This document shows positions 24,342 through 31,481 of a DNA stretch of 34,409 bases, piece by piece. The DNA is from Sphingomonas sp. UBA1000. GTDB taxonomy: Bacteria > Pseudomonadota > Alphaproteobacteria > Sphingomonadales > Sphingomonadaceae. The stretch lies in assembly GCA_002291855.1 (NCBI GenBank), contig DBAW01000209.1:1-34409 (forward strand). The letters run 5' to 3'. Under the pieces are notes generated by a model. It had not been told where the DNA came from, ran no database searches, and worked only from the letters and a program-made list of their open reading frames with translations. A program made the translations under genes and the position numbers. Position 1 is the stretch's first letter, and each line of letters begins with the position of its first letter.

Positions 24342-24445
24342 GTCCTGGTTTCGCGCTGATGCGATTCCCGAGCGAAAAGGCCCAGGGATTCCGCGTCCGT
24401 GGTCGTCTGCAACGCGGTAAGTTTCACGACACGGGTGGGGTTTCA

Positions 24446-25612
24446 TTGTCGCAGGTCTCGCTCAGCCGTGCTCAACTCTATGAACTCGTCTGGACCGAGC
24501 CGCTGAACAAAGTGGCCGAACGCCTCGGCACGTCAGGTCCGCGGCTCAGCCAGATCTGTGATGCGCATGCGATCGCCAGGCCAGAACAGGGACACTGGCT
24601 TCGGCTCGAGATGGGCAAGCCGGTTACCGTGCGCGCATTGGAGCCAGCTCCCATTGGAGTATCGGACACGATTTCGATCGGCGCGAGCAAACGACGGAAA
24701 GCACCGGCATCGCCCGAGGCCGCTCATGGCCCCTCCGACGCTGCTTCCGCCGCCGCCTCGATGAGTAAGGTTCCGGAGCGCCTCGCGCGCCCGCACGCGC
24801 TCGTCGCCGAATGGATAGCCACTCGCGAACAGCAGGTCCGCAAGAAGGAACAGGTTTACGACCACCGCTTGAAGCGCCTCGTCTTGCCGATGCCGCTGAC
24901 CGCGGCCGATCGCAGGCTGCTCCGTGTTGCCGACGCGATCTTCAAGGCGGTCGAGAAGCAAGGCGTGCAGGTAAAAAAGGGCGATCGCCGCGAATTGCTG
25001 ATGGTGCGTGGTGGCGAGCAGTTCATCTTCCAGCTGCGATATCGGCTCAAGCGCGGACAGCGCCAGCTTACGCCCGACGAATTGCGCTGGCGCGGAGCGG
25101 ACGCGCAGAAATGGGTCTACGAACTCTACGAAACCGACGCGCTGGTCTTCGAGATCAAGACCTGGCTTCCGCGAGGAACGCGCTCCGAATGGGAAGATTC
25201 AAAGCGCGCAACGCTCGAACAGCAGCTCGACGATATCGTCGCCGGGATCATGGCGGCGTTCCCGGCGCTGGAGCAGCTTCGCAGGGAAAGGGAGGAAGAA
25301 CGCCGCCGGAGCGAGATCGCTGCTCGCGAACGGCGCGAGCGCGAGAATGCCCGAAAGCTCGACGCCGCACGTTTCCGACGCCTGCTCGAACTGGCTTCCG
25401 CCTGGCGCGAGGCCGAGCTCGCCCGAGCGTTCCTGGCGGCCTTGCGGGAGCAGCTGCCGCCCGGTTCGTCCCCCGTCGCCGGCATCGAAACCACCGACTG
25501 GCTCGCCTGGGCGGAGCGGAAGGTCGACGAACATGACCGGCTCGGCAGCGATCCCGGCTCGATCCTGGAATCGATCGCCGAGGTGACCTTGTGGACCTAC
25601 CCCGGAGAGTGA
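24446..25612 (+). CDS. Hypothetical protein with N-terminal HTH-like domain and C-terminal coiled coil
   Basis: SRAQLYELVWTEPLNKVAERLGTSGPRLSQICDAHAIARPEQGHW; EWEDSKRATLEQQLDDIV; E/R-rich coil; WLAWAE. TTG start at 24446 is inferred; the ORF is open from 24329. Confidence 0.75.
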   Translation: MSQVSLSRAQLYELVWTEPLNKVAERLGTSGPRLSQICDAHAIARPEQGHWLRLEMGKPVTVRALEPAPIGVSDTISIGASKRRKAPASPEAAHGPSDAASAAASMSKVPERLARPHALVAEWIATREQQVRKKEQVYDHRLKRLVLPMPLTAADRRLLRVADAIFKAVEKQGVQVKKGDRRELLMVRGGEQFIFQLRYRLKRGQRQLTPDELRWRGADAQKWVYELYETDALVFEIKTWLPRGTRSEWEDSKRATLEQQLDDIVAGIMAAFPALEQLRREREEERRRSEIAARERRERENARKLDAARFRRLLELASAWREAELARAFLAALREQLPPGSSPVAGIETTDWLAWAERKVDEHDRLGSDPGSILESIAEVTLWTYPGE

Positions 25613-25621
25613 AGGGTCGAG

Positions 25622-26872
25622 CTAGGTGCGCCGCGCGCCGAAGTTCGGCTTCAGGACCTTTGCGCCGTCCCGGAGATGGTCGAGGTGATCGGACCAGTGC
25701 TGCATCATCCGCACCCGCTCATCCCAATATTCGCCGCGGGTATAGGCCCGGCGCACGCCGTTGTTTTCCATGTGCGCGAGCTGGCGTTCGATCGCGTCCG
25801 GGTTGAACAGGCCCGCTTCGTTCAGGAGTGTCGCTGCCATTGCGCGGAAGCCATGCGCGGTCATCTCGTCCTGCTTGAAGCCGAGCACGCGAAGCGCCGC
25901 GTTCACCGTGTTCTCCGACATCGGACGGCGCGGCGAGCGGAAGGACGGGAAGCAGTAGCGCCAGGTGCCGGTAAGTTCGTACAGGTCCTCGAACAGACCG
26001 ATGACCTGGGTCGAGAGCGGAACGCGGTGCGGCCGGCGCATCTTCATCTTTTCCGCCGGGATCGCCCAGACCGCGCGCTCGAAGTCGAACTCGCTCCATT
26101 CGGCCTGCCGCAGTTCCCCGGGCCTGACGAACAGATGGGCGGAGAGCCTCAGCGCATAGAGCGTGATCGCGTGGCCGCTGTAGCCTTCGATCACCCGCAT
26201 CAGCTCGCCCGCGCCCTTCTCCGTGATGATCGCGGCCAGGTGCTTCACCTTGGGAACGGTAAGCGCGCCGCGAAGGTCGCGCGCCGGGTCGTGCTCGGCG
26301 CGCGTCGTGGCAATCGCGTAGCGGAAGATCCGGCTCAGCACGCTGCGCATCCGGCGCGCGCTTTCGTAGCGGCCGGTGGCCTCGATCGAACGGAGCACGG
26401 CGAGCACTTCCTGAGCGGTGATCTTGGCGATCGGGCGGTTGCCGAGCTTGGGGTAGGCCTTGGCAAGCAGCCAGCGGACCTTGCTCAGCGTGACCTCCGC
26501 CATCCCCTCGCGTTCGTTTTTGGCGATCCATTCCTCGGCGACCAGCTTAAAGCTGTTCTCCTCGGACAGCTTCTCCCGGGCCGCGGCGAGCTTGGCTTCA
26601 TGCGACGGGTCGCGGCCGGCGGCGATCATCCGCCGCGCGTCGTCCCGCTGCCCGCGCGCATCGACGAGGCTGACCTCCGGCCATGCGCCGAAGGAAAGCG
26701 TCCGCTGCTTGTCGAGATGGCGATAATTGAGTCGCCACAGCTTGCGGCCGTTAGCTTTGACGAGAAGGTAGAGGCCTTCGCCGTCGGACAGCTTGTAGTC
26801 GCGCTCCCTCGGTTTGGCGTTGGCGACGGTCGTGGCGAAAAGCTTTCCCATGATGGTATCGTCCCTGTCCAT
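25622..26872 (-). CDS. Tyrosine recombinase/integrase, P4-like with arm-binding domain
   Basis: YKLSDGEGLYLLV..G.KLWRLNYR arm domain; VRPGELR, KMK, HGFR, LAH and RAY give the R-K-H-R-H-Y catalytic set. Start may be 26851. Confidence 0.96.
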   Translation of the reverse strand: MDRDDTIMGKLFATTVANAKPRERDYKLSDGEGLYLLVKANGRKLWRLNYRHLDKQRTLSFGAWPEVSLVDARGQRDDARRMIAAGRDPSHEAKLAAAREKLSEENSFKLVAEEWIAKNEREGMAEVTLSKVRWLLAKAYPKLGNRPIAKITAQEVLAVLRSIEATGRYESARRMRSVLSRIFRYAIATTRAEHDPARDLRGALTVPKVKHLAAIITEKGAGELMRVIEGYSGHAITLYALRLSAHLFVRPGELRQAEWSEFDFERAVWAIPAEKMKMRRPHRVPLSTQVIGLFEDLYELTGTWRYCFPSFRSPRRPMSENTVNAALRVLGFKQDEMTAHGFRAMAATLLNEAGLFNPDAIERQLAHMENNGVRRAYTRGEYWDERVRMMQHWSDHLDHLRDGAKVLKPNFGARRT

Positions 26873-26904
26873 CAGGGGCCACCGATACCATCAAGAATAC
26901 CAAC
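26852..26904. repeat. Candidate integrase arm-type binding repeats
   Basis: GATACCATC (26884-26892), AATACCAAC (26896-26904) and an inverted copy GATGGTATC (26852-26860). Confidence 0.5.
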
Positions 26905-26957
26905 TTTGTTCCCGATTGGTGCCGGAACAGCCCGGATTTGACCGGACGGTCATAGCA

Positions 26958-26987
26958 CAAAAAACGGCAGAAATCTGCCGTTTTTTG
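26958..26987. terminator. Bidirectional intrinsic terminator-like hairpin between tRNA and integrase
   Basis: CAAAAAACGGCAG-aaat-CTGCCGTTTTTTG perfect inverted repeat with A6/T6 flanks, 30 nt downstream of the tRNA. Confidence 0.75.
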
Positions 26988-27017
26988 GACGTTGTCGGAT
27001 GTCCTCGGAAGAACAAA

Positions 27018-27104
27018 TGGTGCCCAGAAGAGGACTCGAACCTCCACGACCTTGCGATCGCCAGCACCTGAAGCTGGTGCGTCTACCAATTCCGCCATCT
27101 GGGC
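27018..27104 (-). tRNA. tRNA-Leu (anticodon CAG), 87 nt, CCA encoded; integration site
   Basis: Reverse complement GCCCAGATGGCGGAATTGGTAGACGCACCAGCTT-CAG-GTGCTGGCGATCGCAAGGTCGTGGAGGTTCGAGTCCTCTTCTGGGCACCA: cloverleaf with long variable arm and GTTCGA T loop. Confidence 0.97.
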
Positions 27105-27199
27105 ACGGGGTAGGCGGCGCGCTTAGCGGCGGTTCTATGGCCTTGTCAACACGTTCTTGGCGGGCCAAAGGCGCGAGCCAAGGCAAGGAGCGCATTTTC

Positions 27200-28144
27200 A
27201 TGAAGACGAGCGTGGTGACGGTCTTTGGCGGTGGCGGGTTCATCGGGCGCTATGTGGTGCAGGATCTGCTGGATGGCGGCCAGGGCGACCGGGTCCGCAT
27301 TGCCCAGCGCGATCCCAAATCGGCCTGGTTCCTGCGCCCGATGGGCGGATTGGGGCAGACCCAGTTCGCGGCGGCCGATATTCGCCGCCCCGACAGCGTG
27401 GCGCGCGCGGTCGAGGGTGCGGATGCGGTCGTCAATCTGGTCGGCGTGCTGGCCGGGGATTTTGACGGCTTCCATGTCGCGGGCGCGCGCAACGTCGCCG
27501 AAGCGGCGGCGCGGGCGGGCGTGCGCAGCCTTGTCCATGTTTCGGCCATCGGTGCCGATCCGGCCTCGGCGTCGCGCTATGGCCGGTCGAAGGGCGAAGG
27601 CGAAGCGGCGGTGCGCGCGGCCTTTCCGGGCGCGACCATCCTGCGCCCGTCGATCGTGTTCGGGCGCGAGGACGGCTTCACCAACCGTTTCGCCCAGCTG
27701 ATCCGCATGCTGCCGGTCGTTCCCGTGGTGCGCGGCGCGACGCGGTTCCAGCCGGTGTTCGTCGCCGATCTGGCGCGCGCGGTGGCCGAATCGGTCGCCC
27801 GGCCCGACCTGCATGGCGGGCGGACCTATGACATTGGCGGGCCGGAGACAGTGTCGATGGCCGAGCTGATGCGCCGCCTCGCCGAATGGACGGGGCGCAG
27901 CCCGCTGTTCATCGACCTGCCCGATGCGGCGACGGCGGCGCTTGCCCGCCTTGCCGGCTGGGCACCGGGTGCGCCGATCACCTGGGATCAGTGGCTGATG
28001 CTGCAGACCGACAATGTCGTCGCCCCGGGCGCGCCGGGCCTGGAGGCTTTTGGCATCCAGCCGACCCCGCTCGCCGCGGTCGCGCCGTCCTGGCTGGTCC
28101 AGTATCGCCGCCAGGGCCGGTTCGACGGGCTGAAGACCGGCTGA
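27200..28144 (+). CDS. NDUFA9-like NAD(P)-binding atypical SDR (NAD-dependent epimerase/dehydratase family)
   Basis: VTVFGGGGFIGRYVV, AVVNLVG, HVSAIGAD, YGRSKGEGE, ILRPSIVFG, FQPVFV; RBS AAGGAG. Confidence 0.9.
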   Translation: MKTSVVTVFGGGGFIGRYVVQDLLDGGQGDRVRIAQRDPKSAWFLRPMGGLGQTQFAAADIRRPDSVARAVEGADAVVNLVGVLAGDFDGFHVAGARNVAEAAARAGVRSLVHVSAIGADPASASRYGRSKGEGEAAVRAAFPGATILRPSIVFGREDGFTNRFAQLIRMLPVVPVVRGATRFQPVFVADLARAVAESVARPDLHGGRTYDIGGPETVSMAELMRRLAEWTGRSPLFIDLPDAATAALARLAGWAPGAPITWDQWLMLQTDNVVAPGAPGLEAFGIQPTPLAAVAPSWLVQYRRQGRFDGLKTG

Positions 28145-28283
28145 CCAGCGCCCCCGGGACGGCGGCGGCCCCGCTTTCCCCATGTCCGGCGATTGCCCTG
28201 CCCGCCCCCGGACGGGCGATTCACCCTTCCGCCCGCCCCGGCCGATCGCGCCGGGGCTGGCTCATCCGGCCGGAGCCTCCGCC

Positions 28284-29093
28284 ATGCCCCTGATCCTGAC
28301 CGCCATCCTGCTCGGCATTGTCGAGGGACTGACCGAGTTTCTGCCCGTGTCGTCGACCGGGCATCTGATCCTCGCCGCCGAGCTGCTCGGCTACCGGGCG
28401 GAACAATGGGCGACGTTCAACGTCGTCATCCAGCTGGGGGCGATTCTCGCGGTGATCGTGCTCTACTGGCGCACCTTCTGGGCGGTCGCGTTGGGCCTGT
28501 TCGGGCGCGAGGCGACGTCGTGGCGATTCGCGCTCAACCTGCTGATCGCCTTCGCCCCCTCGGTCGTGCTCGGCCTGTTGTTCATCGATGCGATCGAAGG
28601 GCTGCTGGGCAATGCGGTGGTCGTCGCCATCGCGCTGGTGCTGGGCGGGATCGCGATTCTGGTGATCGAGGCGCTGGCGCGCGGCTCCACCCTGCCGCCG
28701 GGCATCGCCTCCCTGCCCTATGCCCGCGCGCTCGGCGTCGGGCTGATCCAGTGCCTGGCGATGATTCCGGGCGTCAGCCGGTCGGGCGCGACGATCATGG
28801 GCGCGCTGGCAATGGGCGTCGAACGGCGGACGGCGGCGGAGTTCAGCTTCTTCCTCGCCGTGCCGACCATGCTGGGCGCGACCACCCTGTCGCTCCTCAA
28901 GCATGGCGACGATCTGGCGGCAGCCAATGTCGACTGGGGGCTGATCGGCATCGGCTTTGTCGTGTCGTTCATCGTCGCGCTGGTCGTGATCAAATGGTTT
29001 GTCGGGCTGGTGTCGCGGCGCGGCTTTGCGCCCTTTGCTTGGTACCGCATCGTCGCCGGCAGCCTGGCGCTGGTCTGGCTGCTGGCAAGATAG
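28284..29093 (+). CDS. uppP: Undecaprenyl-diphosphate phosphatase
   Basis: GIVEGLTEFLPVSSTGH, IQLGAILA, PGVSRSGATI, AAEFSFFLAVP. Confidence 0.97.
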   Translation: MPLILTAILLGIVEGLTEFLPVSSTGHLILAAELLGYRAEQWATFNVVIQLGAILAVIVLYWRTFWAVALGLFGREATSWRFALNLLIAFAPSVVLGLLFIDAIEGLLGNAVVVAIALVLGGIAILVIEALARGSTLPPGIASLPYARALGVGLIQCLAMIPGVSRSGATIMGALAMGVERRTAAEFSFFLAVPTMLGATTLSLLKHGDDLAAANVDWGLIGIGFVVSFIVALVVIKWFVGLVSRRGFAPFAWYRIVAGSLALVWLLAR

Positions 29094-29250
29094 GTCCGAT
29101 CCGGTCTTTTTATCGCCACCGCCCCACCGGGAAGCACAGGCTTGGCGGGGCGGCATGAAAATATCGGGTCAGCAAAACTGACCTTCATTCGATTCATTGC
29201 GTGACTTGGTCGCGCAGCTTTGCAATATGGTCGCGAAAAGGAGCGCGGCC

Positions 29251-30714
29251 ATGGCCGATACACCGATGCTGAAGTTCGTCGAGCGGGATCAGGCCTATCC
29301 GGCCAAGCGCGCAGCGCCGCTCCGTGCCGAGGATTTCCGCGAGATTGCCGACCGTTACGCCGCGCCCGATGCCGAGGCGCAGGCCGGGCGCTGCTCGCAG
29401 TGCGGCGTGCCTTATTGTTCGGTGCACTGCCCGCTGCACAACCACATTCCCGACTGGCTGCGCCTGACCGCCGAGGGGCGGCTGCGCGAAGCCTATGAGC
29501 TGTCGAACGCCACCTCGACCATGCCGGAGATTTGCGGGCGCATCTGCCCGCAGGACCGGCTGTGCGAGGGCAATTGCGTGATCGAGTTTTCCGGCCATGG
29601 CGCGGTCACCATCGGCTCGGTCGAAAAGTTCATCACCGACACCGCCTGGGAACAGGGCTGGGTGGAACCGCTGGTGCCCGGCCCGGCGCGCGGCCAGTCG
29701 GTCGGCGTGATCGGTGCCGGCCCGGCGGGGCTGAGCGCGGCCGAATATCTGCGCGGGCTGGGCTATGACGTGCATGTCTATGACCGGCATGACCGGGCGG
29801 GCGGGCTGCTCACTTACGGCATCCCCGGCTTCAAGCTCGAAAAGCCGATGGTGATGCGCCGCATCGACCGGCTGGCCGAAGGCGGCATCATGTTCCATCA
29901 GGGGGCCGATGTCGGCGGCGCGCTGCCCTTTGCCGAGCTGCGCGCGCGCCATGATGCGGTGCTGATCGCAACCGGCGTCTATCGCCCGCGCGCGATCAAG
30001 GCGCCCGGCGTGGGCAGCGACGGGATCGTCGATGCGCTCGACTATCTGATCGCGTCCAACCGCAAGGGCTTTGGCGATGCGGTGCCGGCGTTCGACAGCG
30101 GCGCGCTCGATGCCAAAGGCCGGCATGTCGTGGTGATCGGCGGCGGCGACACGGCGATGGACTGTGTCCGCACCGCGGTCCGCCAGGGCGCGGCATCGGT
30201 CAAATGCCTGTATCGCCGCGACCGCGCGAACATGCCCGGATCGCAGCGCGAAGTCGCCAATGCCGAGGAGGAAGGCGTCGAGTTTGTCTGGCTGTCCGCG
30301 CCCGAGGCGTTCGAGGCGGACGGCAATGGCCGGGTGGCGGCGGTGCGCGCGACCGGCATGCGGCTGGGCGCGCCCGACGCCAGCGGCCGCCGCGCCCCCG
30401 AGCCCGATCCCGATGCGCAGTTCCGGCTGGAGGCTGATCTGGTGATCAAGGCGCTGGGGTTCGAAGCCGAGGATCTGCCGCGCCTGTTCGCCACCCCCGA
30501 ACTGGGCGTCACCCGCTGGGGCACGATCCGCATCGACCACAAGACGATGATGACCAGCCTTGACGGCGTTTTTGCCGCCGGCGACATCGTCCGCGGCGCA
30601 AGCCTGGTGGTGTGGGCGATCCGCGACGGCCGCGACGTGGCCGACCGGATGCACGCCTGGCTGAAGGCCAAGGCGAAAGCCGGGACGGAACTTAAGGAAA
30701 AGGTGGCAGCGTGA
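29251..30714 (+). CDS. gltD: Glutamate synthase small subunit
   Basis: RCSQCGVPYCSVHCP, CGRICPQDRLCEGNC, IGAGPAGL, IGGGDTAMDC, FAAGDIVRGASLVVWAI. Confidence 0.96.
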   Translation: MADTPMLKFVERDQAYPAKRAAPLRAEDFREIADRYAAPDAEAQAGRCSQCGVPYCSVHCPLHNHIPDWLRLTAEGRLREAYELSNATSTMPEICGRICPQDRLCEGNCVIEFSGHGAVTIGSVEKFITDTAWEQGWVEPLVPGPARGQSVGVIGAGPAGLSAAEYLRGLGYDVHVYDRHDRAGGLLTYGIPGFKLEKPMVMRRIDRLAEGGIMFHQGADVGGALPFAELRARHDAVLIATGVYRPRAIKAPGVGSDGIVDALDYLIASNRKGFGDAVPAFDSGALDAKGRHVVVIGGGDTAMDCVRTAVRQGAASVKCLYRRDRANMPGSQREVANAEEEGVEFVWLSAPEAFEADGNGRVAAVRATGMRLGAPDASGRRAPEPDPDAQFRLEADLVIKALGFEAEDLPRLFATPELGVTRWGTIRIDHKTMMTSLDGVFAAGDIVRGASLVVWAIRDGRDVADRMHAWLKAKAKAGTELKEKVAA

Positions 30715-31481
30715 GCATTTTCGACGGACATTTCATGGCATCCCGGCTGGCGGCAGCGATGGTGATCGCGGCGGCCATCGCCCCATCGGCGATGGCGGTC
30801 GCGCAGCCTGCATCCCCGGCACCGCTGGCGACGGCGGCGACGCCGTCGGCCGCCGCGCAGCTGGTCGAGATCATCATAGAGCCCGAGAAAACACTGGCGG
30901 CGACCCGCAAACAATCACTCGACCAGCTGATGTCCATGCTGCGCAACGACCCCAATGCGGTCAGCCTGGACAAACAGCGCCCGGGGCTGTTCGACGCGGT
31001 GGCAAAGGCAGTCGATGCGGAGTTGCAGACCGTCATGGCCGACGTGCTGGTAAAGACGCGCGACCGCTATGTGCGGGCGTTGGAGTCCCGGCTGACGCAG
31101 AAGGAGATGGACGATCTGCTCGGCTTCTACCGGTCGCCAGCCGGCCAGCGCCTGCTCGCGCAGGGACGGCAGGCCATGTTGGCCAAGGGGGGCGAGTTGG
31201 CCGCGCAGGCAGCGGCGGAAAAGCAGACCCGGGTAGATGCCAGCGACGTCAACGAGATGAACAATGCCGCCGTTGCCGCCGCGATGCAGGCGATCAGGCC
31301 GGAAGACATCCCGGTGCTGACGGCCTTTGCCCGGAGCAGCATCGGACCGAAGCTCGCCGCGCTGCAGAACGAGCTTGGCCCCGTCATCATGGCCGACACC
31401 AACAAGGCGCTCGAAGCCAGCCTGCCGCGCCTGATGGAGCGGTTGCAGGCCGCCACGCGCCAGCATCTGGGCGTGAAATGA
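30711..31481 (+). CDS. Exported DUF2059-like protein
   Basis: Signal-peptide-like N-terminus; LTQKEMDDLLGFYRSPAGQRL motif with a second degenerate copy (LTAFARSSIGPKL); overlaps both the gltD stop and the gltB start. Confidence 0.75.
   Translation: MSIFDGHFMASRLAAAMVIAAAIAPSAMAVAQPASPAPLATAATPSAAAQLVEIIIEPEKTLAATRKQSLDQLMSMLRNDPNAVSLDKQRPGLFDAVAKAVDAELQTVMADVLVKTRDRYVRALESRLTQKEMDDLLGFYRSPAGQRLLAQGRQAMLAKGGELAAQAAAEKQTRVDASDVNEMNNAAVAAAMQAIRPEDIPVLTAFARSSIGPKLAALQNELGPVIMADTNKALEASLPRLMERLQAATRQHLGVK

Larger units (their letters stand above)
1..27017. mobile_element. Integrative (ICE-like) genomic island inserted at tRNA-Leu(CAG); the other end lies left of the window
   Basis: P4-type integrase directly downstream of the tRNA 3' end; ardC, parB-like, DUF2958 and FseA-type genes typical of alphaproteobacterial ICEs; defence and RiPP cargo; housekeeping genes resume right of the tRNA. 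No relaxase or T4SS genes are visible in the window. Confidence 0.85.

Noticed and set aside
25676-27199. ORFs 25676-26941, 26751-27098 and the N-terminal extension of 26999-28144
   Set aside because: They are antisense to the integrase or run across the tRNA; the SDR gene starts at 27200 with an RBS.
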